From the NCBI GenBank assembly GCA_000004985.1, contig GG738867.1: a DNA stretch of 64,000 nucleotides; one strand, written 5' to 3'. Positions within the stretch are counted from its first letter, which is position 1. Every line of letters starts with the position of its first letter. Below are positions 31,923 through 45,096 of this stretch, in pieces. Source of the stretch: Naegleria gruberi. Its lineage: Eukaryota. A program made the position numbers and the translations under genes. The notes below the pieces were generated by a model. It had not been told where the DNA came from, did no database searches, and saw only the letters and a list, made by a program, of their open reading frames with translations.

Positions 31923-33143
31923 ATGAAAAGATCTCCACTCGTACCATTAGTAGAACTTTGCATATTTGCTGTTCTGTTTATTTTCTTGGCACAATTTGCA
32001 GTGGCAGAAATTACCTTTCAAGTTTCGTCTGTTTCTGCAAATGATGTGAAAATTCCAGAGAAACCATTTAGTTTTGAACAGATTCTTCCATTCTCTCCTA
32101 ATTATTTGTATGCTGATGAGGATGATGATCTAATATTGAAAGGAGAAGGCTCCAATTCACAAATTAAATACGAAACTAAACCTATCCAATCAAGTTTCGA
32201 ATCCTCATTCAATAATAATCGATCCATCATTCAACTAGGATCAAATTCATTTGTAATGAGTGGTGTAACATCCTATTCGAATCATCACAATTTAATAATC
32301 AAGCCAGATGATGTATGGCTTGCAATTTCTACTCAATTTTCGAATTACGTAAATGGAAAGTCAGAAGAATTACGAGAGAAATTTGTAGATTTCAAAGGTA
32401 AAAAACAATTAACTGTTTATGGAGGTGGAACATTGTATTCTGCTGATTATGTCACTCTTTCGAATAAGATGACTGAACAAATTGAGATGAATATCAAAGA
32501 TCCAAGTATCCGAAATTGGATTATTCCAAATTTTTCAACAACCACCAAAACTGATAGAATGGTTGGTTCGATAGTATTGATGGCATCGATGAAAAATTAT
32601 TTTGATTATCAGATTAGTTTATCTTGTAATTTACCTAATGTTACCTTATTAGGAAATGTTGAAGATTGGATTGAAATTAGAGAAAGAGCCGAAAGATTAT
32701 TAGAATTTGATACCAAGGAAGGATATATGAGAAAATGGGTAAAAATACTTTTACCAATTTTGGATAAATTTGTTGACTCTGCAAAAGGAAATCCTGATAT
32801 TGAATGGTGGAATAGAATAGCTCATTGGGAAGGTGGAGGATCTGGACCATCGTATATAAGTGGTTGGATTACTGCTTTCTGTGTATTTTCAGAAAAGGGT
32901 CATTGGAAAGGAGACGAAACTTCAGTTAAACTGTTCAACAAGTCAAAGGAAATCACAAGTGAATGGCTAATTATTGACAGCGATGAAATACCAAGAGGTT
33001 ATGTCAATGTACCAATTCAAATAGACGATAATGGGATATTGTATAATACTGAAATGTTTGCTGGACATATGGTTTCTGATATTTTGAAAGATGGAAAGAC
33101 GATTCAACCAAGAGTTGATTGGGCTCTCTTCCTTATTCTATAA
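31923..33143 (+). CDS. Secreted hypothetical protein (406 aa).
   Basis: N-terminal hydrophobic signal [28 protein letters not shown]. Globular remainder with a [21 protein letters not shown] motif. No family assignment. Confidence 0.55.
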   Translation: MKRSPLVPLVELCIFAVLFIFLAQFAVAEITFQVSSVSANDVKIPEKPFSFEQILPFSPNYLYADEDDDLILKGEGSNSQIKYETKPIQSSFESSFNNNRSIIQLGSNSFVMSGVTSYSNHHNLIIKPDDVWLAISTQFSNYVNGKSEELREKFVDFKGKKQLTVYGGGTLYSADYVTLSNKMTEQIEMNIKDPSIRNWIIPNFSTTTKTDRMVGSIVLMASMKNYFDYQISLSCNLPNVTLLGNVEDWIEIRERAERLLEFDTKEGYMRKWVKILLPILDKFVDSAKGNPDIEWWNRIAHWEGGGSGPSYISGWITAFCVFSEKGHWKGDETSVKLFNKSKEITSEWLIIDSDEIPRGYVNVPIQIDDNGILYNTEMFAGHMVSDILKDGKTIQPRVDWALFLIL

Positions 33144-33906
33144 TATTAAATTCCATAATTTTCAGAATAATCTGTGTAGAATAGTTTACTTTCGTTTATT
33201 TACTCTATTACTAATTAAACAACAGTTTTCATAACATAATATTCATAATCACCATGAGCTTCAACAAAAGGCAAAATTTGGTTATGTAAATAATTGAGGA
33301 GAATGTCATGAACTTGAGTCATTTCTCAACAAATTGTCAACACCATCCTTACAGAATGAATTCCAACACTTTTCGAATGGATTTGTCAATAACTTTTCAG
33401 ATAATTTGAATGCTGTACTTTCAGTACTTCTCTTCTTGGCAGTTTCCCATCCATTTCTTGTTTTGGACATGCCTTCGTCCCACAATTCTCTGTGTGGTTT
33501 CCATGAGAGAACAGTTTGTCTACCTTGTTCAAGGAAGTGACACTAGTTTCGGAGCTTGTTTATGAAACGGTAAGTCTTCTCATCACACCATTGAAGCCTC
33601 TGTTTTCACCCAGCATCACCTGGTCTTGGAGCCAAGTGATCCATGGATGCATGAGAAGCTGCTACTCCTTTGATATCAACAGATTAACAATGTGACATTT
33701 TGTATGTTTTGTTTGTTTGTTTGTGTGTGTTTTTTTGATTTTGTTTTAATATTAGATGCCTTAATCTCTCAGCATTTAAGGAGAATATTGTTGCGAGACT
33801 TTTCTAATTATTAAGGTAAGTCGAACAATTATCAGGGCAGTAAATGAGTTCCGTGTATTTATAAACAAATCAACAAAAATTTTACCAATAATTTATAATA
33901 AATAGT

Positions 33907-36620
33907 TTATTTTAACATGTTTTCAGATTCCTCAGTAAGATACTTGCCAATAATGGATTGAACAATAGTATTCTCGAGTGGGGTTGCTGAAAAACATCTC
34001 TCTGCACAACTGGCCATCACTTCTTGAACCAATGATGGAAGATAGGTCTTATCTTCAATCAGAGTGGCAAGTTTTTGTTGCATAAAAGCAATTTCAACTT
34101 GCAATTGTTGGAAACCATTCTTACCAAAAGTGAGACCTCTAACACATTCTTCCATGGTCTTTAAAACAATCTTGAGAACTTCAGTAACAATTTCATTACC
34201 ACTGAAACTGGAATCACCTGCTCGTTGGAAATATCTTGGTGTCTTGATGGAGAAACTTGAAAGTTTCTTGTTGAAAATTCTCATTACATCCTTCACAGCA
34301 TCAGAATTTTGACTATATTTGAGTGAAGAAGATGAATCCAAACCACCATATGAAAGACTTGACTCACCACCACTTCTTCCACTTCTGCCACTTCTACCAG
34401 AGTCACTCTTTTCTGTTTCAGTGTCATGAATTTGACTAGGTGGGAATAATTCAATCAAGTGAGACCTTATATTGAAAAGATCTGTAACTGTAACTCTGAT
34501 AAAGCTTCTCACGTCACGAGGAACATCGGTATCGAGCCAATTATGTGATTCCATGCTAGTTCTGATTAATTTGGAAACCGATCTGGCTTGAATTTCAATA
34601 TAATATACAATTAAGTGGGAAGTACATTCCTTGATACGAATTTCCATATTTTCAATATTGAAGAAGGTATCTTCATCTTCAAGTTCTGTCATACGACTTC
34701 TTGAGGATGTCTTTCTCACTGATTCGGATGATGAAAACTTTTCACGAAGCATGTGCTTGAAATCTCTCAATGGAAGTTTTGTACAAAGTTTGGTCAATAA
34801 GAGAGCTCCGACACATGTCACCTTACGGAATTTGTATTCTTCTGGTGTTAAAATAGAAACCTTGCTATGAGGAGTACCATAATCCTTACAGAATAACAAG
34901 AGAGAATCAATAAACTCGACACACATGGATCTAATCCAATTCTTGTAAAAGCTTTCTCTTGATGCCATAATGGATCCTAGTGGAGTTTGAGTATCCTCTT
35001 CATTGATAAAAACTCTATAATTATCCAATCCTGATTCCAAATCATTTTTCAAATTTTGAATAGCTCCATCAACTATGGAATATAATTGATTAGCTTTGGT
35101 ATTATCAGGTGTTTCGGCTAGCTTTTGAATATTGGTCTCAGTGTTAATCTTGACCAATTCCATTTGATTCATTAAGAATGTTCTCACAGTGTCACCAACT
35201 AAATTGTAAACCTTTTCTTGAAGCTTGTTGTTTGGAATTTCTACAATATGTGAAACGGATTCATTACAGAATAATCTGAGAGCTAACTTCAAGTCCTCGT
35301 TGGAACTCTTTGAATTGTGAAGTAAACTTCTAATGTGTTCAAAATATCCAATGAATAATTGTTTGGTCCATTCACTGAAATCTTTGGTAAGTTGTTCGTT
35401 GGTGATTTGTTTTCTAATTTTTGGATCATTGGTAAGGAAGGTCATTTGGTAGGTATAATAACATGATTGTACTCTTTTCAAAAATGATGCATTCAGTGAT
35501 TTCACTCTTTCACTGGTGTTTGCTGATTCTGTTTGTTTAATTACCCTTTCCATATCTGCCTTTAAAAATTCTGATCTGACCTTCAGATAGGAATCTCTCA
35601 CTTGTTCAACTGGAACCTCCAAATCTATCAAAATGCCGACATAATCTTGAACCTTTGGATCATCATCATCGGCAATATTTAACAAATCCTTTTCAATATT
35701 GGTCTTCATCTTGTTGATAACATCAGTAGATTCCTTTTCAATGTTTTTAAATCCAGATAAATTAGCATTCTTTTTAAATATTCTACTAGCAATATTGTAA
35801 TACTTGACAGCAATATTATACTTTTTCATTTCTATACAGTCATTCAATCTTGTTGGTAATTCCAACAAGAATTGCATTTTCTTTAAAGTTCTGTTGACAC
35901 TGGAAAGTCTCTCAATCTTGTCTCTCTTGTTTTGAAGATTGGAGTTAATAGTTTCCGAACAAGTAGTAATTTTATCCATATTTTGTAAAAGTGATTTCAT
36001 TTCATCTTCCATTCCTTCCACGTGATGTTTCATCTTCTTGATAGTATCTGTTGCTGTGATAAACTTGTTGTAATTTTGATAGACAAGCATTTGAAGTGAT
36101 GTATCCAAATTCTTAGTTTCTTTTCTCAGTGCCGATTCTTGTTGCAATAAATCCTCCACTGATTTGTTCATCAGAGTCTTTTTTAAAAAGTCATCTGCAT
36201 TAAAGTGACTTCCATCTATTATTAATTTCATGATGATAATGATGATGATGAAGTATTGTTATTATAATAATATATTATAATTCATATTATTGTTGTGAAA
36301 AAGTACATTATATAAATTTCATATTAATCCAAATCAACAATAAAATTATAATTTAACACGAATTCACAAAATCAAAACCTACCAATATCTGTCGTATCAA
36401 AAACTTGACTATTATTTACAACAGGTCTTGAAGGTGTTCCTTCATCTCCTTGGTCTTCCTCATCAGCCATGGCACCATAAAATTGTGCCAACAACAATCG
36501 TGATCTCTCTCTTTCCTTGTCCTCGGTCAAGTCAGCCAATGGAGTAGAGGTAACAACCTCCTCCTCATTATTGTTGTTTTTCATCACAGATCGGGAGGGT
36601 GTTCTTGTTGGTGTACTCAT
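33907..36620 (-). CDS. VPS51: Vps51 (GARP/EARP complex subunit, Vps51/Vps67/Ang2 family). Two exons: 36384..36620 and 33907..36216.
   Basis: Spliced junction gives ...LLLAQFYG...VFDTTDID-GSHFNADDFLKKTLMNKSVEDLLQQESALRKETKNLDTSLQMLVYQNYNKFITATDTIKKMK. This matches the Vps51 N-terminal domain, with LVYENYNKFISATDTIRKM as its hallmark. Intron GTAGGT...AATAG is 167 nt (36217..36383). Confidence 0.75.
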
Positions 36621-36904
36621 TTTTTTACTGTGTATGATAGGAAAGATTTTTGTCCATCAAATTCTGATGAATATCAACACGGAAGGCAATGACATTCTTT
36701 AGGTAAACAATTCTATCTTGATATTTATTGTTATCCCTTCGATACTAAATAGCTGATGCTGATGATCCATACGACCTAAAATCAAGCATGCACATTTGGA
36801 TAATACAAAAAAATTGTTTTTTATTTTTTTTTAAATTTTTCAGTCATCAACAGATCATCACCATCAATAAGGAACGGCTACCTTTATTAAATAATATTAA
36901 AAAA

Positions 36905-39900
36905 ATGAATGTCTTCAATGCCATGTTCCAGACGAGAAAGGCTCCATCGTCGGCCACTGGAACCACTCAAGCCATGCATGTATTTTACATGTTGTCAATG
37001 GAAAAGATTTTGAAGAATTTAGTGAAGAAACAAACCGATTTGAAGAATGCTTGCCAAGAAGTTATGGGTATGTTTTGTTAGGGAGACTTTTTAGTTAATC
37101 AATAATCATTATTGTCATTAATTAAATTAACCTTCATTCACAAATAACAATGGAATAATATATAGATGTTATTAAAAAGTTGGAAAAGAACGAAGCCGAC
37201 GTTCTTAGGGATATTTCTGAAAATCCAAATAGATACTTTAAACCTTTGGAATTAGCTTGTGCAACCAAAAAACCAACAATAGTAGAACCGGCATTGGATT
37301 GTCTTCATAAATTGATGGCTTATGGATATATTGATAGTAAAATACCATATGAAGGGAAAACTGATCTTTTAATTGATGTTGTTGTTGCTACAATTTCTAA
37401 TTGTTTTGATCCAACACAAGACGACAATGTTCAATTACAGATCATCAAGGCCCTTCTTACAGCAGTTACATCATGTGATATCCATGGAAGGAGCTTGAGA
37501 TTAACCGTAAAGACTTGTTTCAATATTCATCTAGTTTCAAAGAATGAAATTAATAGAAAGACAGCACAAGCAACTCTCAACCAAATGTTGAATATTATTT
37601 TCCAAAGAATGGAATCAAAACCACCAAAAGCTAAACAACAAGAAGCTAATCAAGAAAATGTTCAAGATGAGAGTGCTCTTGCACAACTTCAGGAGGAAAA
37701 ACCAACAGAGGATTATATTAATGAATTTGTTGATGGAATAATAGATGACGTTGCCCAACAAATTTTGGAACAACAACAATATGATCTTGAGAATGAGGAG
37801 GATGACGAACCTATGGATGTTATTGAAAGTGAAAATAATGGAGAGTCATCGGATAAAACAAATACACGTAAGAGATCGGTTTCAGATGCTGATCACGAAC
37901 CAAACGCTCCAATTTTTGACAACCAATACCAAAAAGATGCTTTCTTTATATTTAGAGCATTATGTAGATTAGCCATGAAGCAACTCCCTAAGAAGTATGT
38001 TTTTGTTATTACAATTTATTAATTTAAATTAACAATTTAAAAACCTAGTCCAACCCCAGACTCCTTGGAACTTAAAAGTCGTTTACTTTCTCTTGAATTA
38101 ATTCACAACGTTTTGGAAAACAGTGGACCAGTGTTTAGAACATCTGAGACTTTCATTTCGGATATCAAGCAATTTTTGTGTTTATCACTTTTGAGAAATT
38201 GTACAAGTCCAGTTCCACCAATCTTTTCTCTTTCATTGTCCATTTTTAAATCCCTTGTTAAATATTTCAAAGTTAATCTGAAAGGAGAAATTCGTTTGTT
38301 CCTGACAAACTTTTTGCGTATCTTACACAGTGAAAATAGTACATATCACCACAAGATGTTGGTAATTCAGGTTTTGAGTTTTATTGCTCAAGATTCACAA
38401 ACATTATTGGATATTTTCGTTAACTATGATTGTGCTTTGGACTCTTTGAATATTTACGAACAAATTGCTAGTGAATTGTCAAACGTTGTACAAAACTTAC
38501 AAGCTGAAGGAGAATGGATGACACCTACACAAGAACTTAAATTAAAGACAGCATCTTTGAATGCTTTGGTGTCTGTTTTGGAATCACTTGTAAAGTGGAT
38601 GAATGAAAAGCAAGGTGAATCATCAGAGGAACTTAATAATCAATCCGAAGAAATGACTGAAGGTGAATACTTTGAAAAGCAAAGAAACATGAAGATTGGT
38701 CTGAAAGAAGGTATCAAACTTTTCAATAGAAACCCAAAGAAAGGTATCAAGTACCTTGTTGAAATTGGAAAACTTCCAGATCCTGAAAAAGTCGACAAGA
38801 CTGAATATGCTACCTCTGTTGCTAAGCTTTTATATAATACTGAAGATTTTTCAAAGAAGTTGATGGGTGAATTTATGGGTGAACAAGTTAATAGTGATAT
38901 TCTCCATGCCTTTACTGAATTACAATCATTTGCTGGTCTTCCATTCGATAAGGCATTCAGAAATTATTTGAATACATTCAGACTTCCAGGTGAAGGCCAA
39001 CAAATTGACAGAGTTGTCCAAAAGTTTGCTGAAAAGTACTTTAAGGATAACGGAAAGTCACATGTTTTTGCCAATGCTGATGCTTGTTACGTTTTTGCTT
39101 ACTCTGTAATTATGTTGAATACCGAATTGCACAACCCTGCTTTCAACTTCCGTGAAAGAATGTCTCTTGAAGCTTTCATTGCTAACAATAAGGGTATCAA
39201 TGATGGTGGTGATATTGACCACAAGTACCAAGAGTCTATCTATGGAAGTATTAAGAATAATGAAATTAAATTGAAGGGAGATGAAATGGAACAAATTGTG
39301 CAACAATCCCAAGATAAAACTCAACTTACAGCTCAACAAAATCCAAGAAAGAAGCGTATGTTGTTCACTTTGGAAAGCGAAAAGCTCGAAAAGGAAACAA
39401 GAAACTTGTTGAAATCAAGTCAATCACAGAGTGATTCTGATGATCAATTCTTCAGTGCTAATCACATTACTCACGTAAGAAGTATGATGGAAACAACCTG
39501 GGAATTTTTCAAGGAAGGTCTCAAGGCTACTTTGGAAAAGGACAAGTTTGCTGATACTAAGGTCCATGACAATTGTCTCAGAGGTTTGGAATATGCTATT
39601 CACATTACTAGCCGTTTTGATATGCCAACTGAAAGATTGGCTTTTGTTCAAACATTGTGTCACTTTACCAAATTGACCATTTCTGAAAAGGAATATGAAG
39701 CTCAAAATGATCCAAATCATATCCACCAAAATCCAGATACTCTCAAGAACAGATATATTATGCAAGATAGACACATCAAGGCTATCAAGATACTTCTCAA
39801 GATTGCCGAATTAGAAGGTAATTATCTTAAGGACAGTTGGGCCAATATTTTGGAATGTCTTTCTCAATTAGAAAGATTGCAATCTGATGTCCCACAAAAT

Positions 39901-41955
39901 CGTAACAAATCCAAGAGTGCTGCTAGATTAACTATTGAATTGACCCCAGAACAAATCAATTCTAATACCATCTTGAATAATAATATTGACCATCTTGTTA
40001 TTGATAAGATCTTTGTCAAGTCTGGTGAATTGAGTGATGATGCTATTGAAAGCTTTGTTAAGGGCTTGTGTGGCGTTTCTAATGATGAAATTAATCCAAA
40101 AGCTAATAGAATGACATGTACTGGTAACATTAATATTAATCCAGTACCAAGAACTTTCAGTTTGCAAAAGCTTATTGAAGTTGCTCACTATAATATTAAC
40201 AGAATCAAAATTGTTTGGTCCAAGTTGTGGGTTCACATGGGTAAACATTTCATCACTGTTGGTACACATGATGATTTGACTATTGCAATGAATGCTATTG
40301 ACTCTTTGAGACAACTTTCAATGAAATTCTTGGAACAAGACGAATTGGCTAACTATCACTTCCAACGTGACTTCCTCAAGCCATTCTTCCAAATTATTCA
40401 ACAAAGCAACAAGACTGAAATTAGATTACTCACTGTTGAATGTGTTGGTCAAATGATTTTGGGTAGATATAACAATATCAAGTCTGGTTGGAAGACAATT
40501 CTCCAAATCTTTGCTCAAGCAGCTTTGTGTGGATCACCAGTCACTGACGAGGGTTTTAGATATGTCACTGCAATGATGAAGGATGGTGGTGATGTTGATT
40601 ATTTCCATCAAATTCAACAAAACGAATCCTTTGTTGATTGTATCTTGTGTTTGACTGCTTTTGCTCGTAACTTGGCTAATACCAATATTTCCAAAAGTTC
40701 TATTGCACTTTTAAAGCTCTGTGCTCTTCATATTGTTAATAATAGAGTTGATGCTATCAAGAATGTTGACATTTACACTGATGAAGAAGTTCACTTCAAG
40801 TTGTGGTTCCCTATCTTGACTGGTCTCTCGCGATTGGTTAGTGACGATAGAAGAGAAGAAGTTAGAGCTAATGCTTTGAAGACTCTCTTTGAAGAAGTTC
40901 TCATTAACAGAAAGATTGGTGACAGATTCTCTCCAAAGCTTTGGAATTTCGTTTTCACTGGAGTTCTTTTCCCAATATTTGACGAAATCAAGCAAGCCAA
41001 TATCACTGATGAAAGCTGGATCAATACTACTTGTAGAAAATCCTTGAGCTTGATGGTCACATTATTTGCTCAATACTTTACATCCATTCCACAATTATTC
41101 GACAATATTCTCACCTTGATTAGTTCTCATTGTTTCTTTAGAGTTGAAGAGGATCAAGTCAATCAAAATACTGACTCTCCTTTGGTTGTTGAAAAGAAGA
41201 TTAAGAATGAAAAGCTTGCTGAAATTGGTAACGAGTCATTCAAGATTTTTGTTCAATTATGTGGTAAATTATTCAATGACCAACAATGGGATGCTGTTTG
41301 CAGAAGTTTGGAAAGTATTCTCACCATCAACCTTAAACTTAAGTCACCAATCGATAGCAGAATCCGTTTGAAGATTATTGAAACAACTAACGATATTCTC
41401 ACTACTCAATTCGATAACATGAAACTTGTTCACATTGAAAGTATGCTTGATTCATTGTTGAATTGTCATAACACCTCATTGGAATTCAACTCCAAGCAAA
41501 AGGGTAATGCTGAAAATGATTACGAGATTGAAATTGAAATGTTCTCCTGTACTGTTTATGTTAATATCTGTTCCAAGTTGTGCTCATCACCAAAAACAAC
41601 CGAAGAACTCTCTAAACGTCAAGAAGTTGGAGAAAATAGAATTATTGAGATTACCGAAAGAACTTTCATCAGATATTTACAACATATTGGTATTTTACAA
41701 TATTCTGGTAGTAATGCTGATTTAGATATTCAACAAGATACTGTCTTGTGTGGTAATAGATTAATGTCATCATTGGTTCCAACAGTTGTTTCTCTCCTCG
41801 AAGTTTACCTTTCATTCCCTGAAGAACAATTCCTCAAATACTTACCTAAATTCTACCCTCTTTTCACTAAATTATTGCTGACGCAACACAGAGAAATCAG
41901 ATTAGTTCTCCTTGACTTGTTCACTAGATTTGGTAAACAAGTTCTTTTGAAATAA
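36905..41955 (+). CDS. SEC7: Sec7-domain Arf guanine-nucleotide exchange factor, BIG/Sec7p class. Three exons: 36905..37067, 37166..37994, 38049..41955.
   Basis: Sec7 catalytic domain ...FRLPGEGQQIDRVVQKFAEKYFKDN...ADACYVFAYSVIMLNTELHNPAF has the catalytic Glu in the PGE motif. DCB/HUS-like N-terminal helical regions and long HDS-like C-terminal regions are present. Introns are GTATGT..ATAG (98 nt) and GTATGT..CTAG (54 nt). Confidence 0.8.
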
Positions 41956-41994
41956 ATTAATATTATTTATATTGTATTCGTGAAGCTTGCTTAT

Positions 41995-42870
41995 TTAGAA
42001 GAGCTCTCGTTCAATGTTGGAGAAGCTAGCTTTTGAGAAGGTGATTCGAGGAACCTGATTGAAATATCTGTAATTTGTCAATCTCTTGAAGAAATCAAAT
42101 CGAGACGAGTTGGAATAATCCAAAGTAACATCAATTTCCAAATCTCTGTAAACATTCATGACTTCATTCTCAATTAAATTGGTCAGATTTTTCCTACATT
42201 CCTCATGGATAGAATAACTTTCCTCCATTCTCCTTCTCAAATAATAAAACAAGATTACAACACTAATAATTAAAAACCCAACTGTAAATCCAGAAATGAC
42301 TCCAATTCCAGTAAAAACTATGTCCATGTCAAACATCTTATCCACCTTCTTTAAAACTTCATAAAAGGAAAAGAGCAGCACTCCCATCAATCCTATTGCA
42401 CTCAACACTGAAATCAAAACATAAATAGATAAAAACAATAGTGGAATATGAACCTTCCTCAAGTGGCTCTGTACCGTATGTGAGGCTTCTCTCAAAGTTT
42501 GTAAAAAGTGTTGCTCGTACTCTGCCATCAAAACACCATCAACACATTTGAATTCCAAATTCTTACTATCCATCTTGTAAACCACAAAATTAACAACCTC
42601 CCTCTTCATTCTAGTTGACAACAGTAACAATTCAGTAATACCTCCTCCACTCATCGATGAATAGGACGATGATCCTCTATTGAACATCTCGTGATTATAA
42701 AAGGCCTTCAATATCGACTTTCTCTTATCCAATTTACCAACAGAACCTTCCTGATCATGATTACTATAATATAGTGCATTCATACTCTTCCTATTAATAT
42801 CATTCATATTATTATTATACTTCGGGTGATGGTGATGATTTAATTCTTCAATTCCTTGCTCTTCCATCAT
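41995..42870 (-). CDS. Hypothetical membrane protein with two or three TM segments.
   Basis: 291-aa ORF. Hydrophobic segments HIPLLFLSIYVLISVLSAIGLMGVLLFSF and FTGIGVISGFTVGFLIISVVILFYYL. Confidence 0.5.
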   Translation of the reverse strand: MMEEQGIEELNHHHHPKYNNNMNDINRKSMNALYYSNHDQEGSVGKLDKRKSILKAFYNHEMFNRGSSSYSSMSGGGITELLLLSTRMKREVVNFVVYKMDSKNLEFKCVDGVLMAEYEQHFLQTLREASHTVQSHLRKVHIPLLFLSIYVLISVLSAIGLMGVLLFSFYEVLKKVDKMFDMDIVFTGIGVISGFTVGFLIISVVILFYYLRRRMEESYSIHEECRKNLTNLIENEVMNVYRDLEIDVTLDYSNSSRFDFFKRLTNYRYFNQVPRITFSKASFSNIERELF

Positions 42871-43290
42871 CTTATTTTTCCTTAATATAAAAATTCTCCT
42901 TTTGTTCGCTTAACGGCCAAGATTTGCGCCTAATTTTTTTTTCAATAAATTCATGAAACAGTAATCTTTGCAGTAGTAATACTGTTCTAATTTTGAAGAC
43001 GTTACTTTAAAGGAAATGGTTAAAAGCTAGTTAATTGTAATGGATGCGGACCTATATTTTCAGTAAGGTCTGCTTAAAAGAAAAGGACACTTGTAATAAT
43101 TTGTGACATTTGACTCTCATAAATTCATCAACAGTTCAAATTGCTCTCATCTGCCTCCTTGTGGTTGACTTGCTTTGTTTGCCACTCGTTCACCTTTTTA
43201 ATTCTAATATTCTCATATGAACCTTTCATCTCACGACTTGACTGTCATCATCGAGTCTAGACAACTTTAAAAAAAAATAACTAATTAAGA

Positions 43291-44265
43291 ATGCAATTCT
43301 GGATTCAAGACACAAAGCCATCTTGGCTGCCAGAAGGTTTTCAAGTGGTAAGTTTCAAGTAGTCAACTGAAGTATGAAATCCTCTTTTTCACATAGCCAA
43401 ATGAAATGTTAAATAAAGTGCAAGAATTGACCAAGGAAGCAGAGAATGTATATTATCAAGTTGACACTGAACGTAATGGATTTTTGAGAAGAAAGGAATT
43501 CAAGAAGGCAATGAAGAAGTTGGGTATCAACAAGTATGAAGCAAAGTAAGTTGTCTTGTTACAATTGACTGATAAATTTGAAGACACATGTTAATATTTG
43601 TTGATCAAGAACGTCTCAAAGTGGTTAGCATTAAGAATTATGTCAACTCCTACTTGTTCATCCAAAGTGGTGGATTGAATCACATCAATACTGATTATCA
43701 AGGTCCAATCACATCTGTAGTTGACCAAAGAACTCACATGAACAATACTGAGCCAGAAAGAATACCATTCGACATGTCTCAACTCTCCAAACAGCTATCA
43801 AACATCTCATTCCTTACTCAAAATGTCTTCCAATCCATTCCACGTCCAAAAAACATTGTTGGCTACTATCAAACAATGCAAGCAGCCAATGGCATGTACT
43901 TGTGCTCTGAAAATGGAAGACTGATTGCCAATCGTCCAGTTATTGGACCGTGGGAGAAATTCTTCCTACATCACGATTCAAGTTGGGGAGTTGATGGCAG
44001 AGCACTCAAAACTGTTTGGAATAAGTATATATGCTGTGAAATTGATAATACAGCTGTGGATAATAGAACTGCAGTTGGTCCTTGGGAGATTTTCAAACAA
44101 AGTATTCCAGATGATGGTGGACAGAGTATGGAAAGGAATGTTTACAAGTCGTGGACTGGGCGGTATCTCACATCTGATACTACTGGAAATGTTTCATTTG
44201 GTGCAACTTCAATTGGAACAAATGAGATTTGGATATGTAAGGTTGTTAGTGCAGTGTATATTTAA
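43291..44265 (+). CDS. EF-hand plus beta-trefoil (fascin/ricin-B-like) protein. Three-exon model: 43291..43347, 43397..43545, 43584..44265.
   Basis: Exon 2 encodes an EF-hand loop, DTERNGFLRRKE. Exon 3 carries repeated GPWEKF / GPWEIF beta-trefoil-type motifs. Introns are GTAAGT..ATAG (49 nt) and GTAAGT..GAAG (38 nt). The second intron is very short, so the model is tentative. Confidence 0.45.
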
Positions 44266-44441
44266 GATGTTTTGTAAATTAATAGTATTTAAAAATTGTA
44301 TGGTCGATAGTTAAATACTTATAATTTGTAAAGAAGTGTTGAAAATATGTGGAACAAAGGAAATTGAATCAATCATCTCTCTAATAAACTTAATTTCCAA
44401 CTTGTTTCCAATAATCTTTAGGAGTTACTTTCGAATAAAAA

Positions 44442-44918
44442 ATGTCATCAACATACCAAAACGCTGCCTACGATGAAGTTGCTCATCAACCACAACCATC
44501 ACAACCACCACAATATGGTCAATATCCAGTAATTCTCGACGATCATGGTCAACCAATCCACCATCCATCCGCTCAAAATTATCCACAATTATATGTAGAC
44601 GAAACCATGCCACCAAATCCACCTCTCAAAACTGTTCTCCGAGAAGTTTTTTCACCTTTTCCTAAACGTTTCGTCGCTTCTTCTCTTGCTGGTTTAGTTT
44701 TAACTTTGACTAATGTTTTACTTTTCGTATATTTACTTTTCTGGATTATTAATTCATCAGTTAATGCTTTCGAATACAAGACTGGATATGGTGTTTTCGT
44801 CTTGTTATTCACAGGATTAATGTCTGGATTAACATTGGTTTTAGGAAGTTCTTTCATGAGAATGTTGGTTGAATGTTTCTTGTCTGTTTATGCTTTGAGA
44901 GAAAAGAAATCACTTTAA
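44442..44918 (+). CDS. Small Pro/Gln-rich membrane protein (two TM helices).
   Basis: 158-aa ORF. N-terminus is P/Q/Y-rich. Two hydrophobic helices at the C-terminus. Confidence 0.45.
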   Translation: MSSTYQNAAYDEVAHQPQPSQPPQYGQYPVILDDHGQPIHHPSAQNYPQLYVDETMPPNPPLKTVLREVFSPFPKRFVASSLAGLVLTLTNVLLFVYLLFWIINSSVNAFEYKTGYGVFVLLFTGLMSGLTLVLGSSFMRMLVECFLSVYALREKKSL

Positions 44919-45096
44919 ATTAATATTCGAATCCGATTCATCATCATCATCACCAGTATATTAATGTATTATTATTATTGATCAAAAAAGCTAAAATCAA
45001 TAAATGTAAAATTATTGTTTTGTGATCACACAATTTTACAAAGTTGAACTATTTTACAATATAAGATTAATATTCTAAAAGGAATGGTGAAATATT

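Noticed and set aside
36517-36702. Plus-strand ORF 36517..36702 over VPS51 exon 1.
   Set aside because: It is antisense to a well-supported conserved exon. No features.
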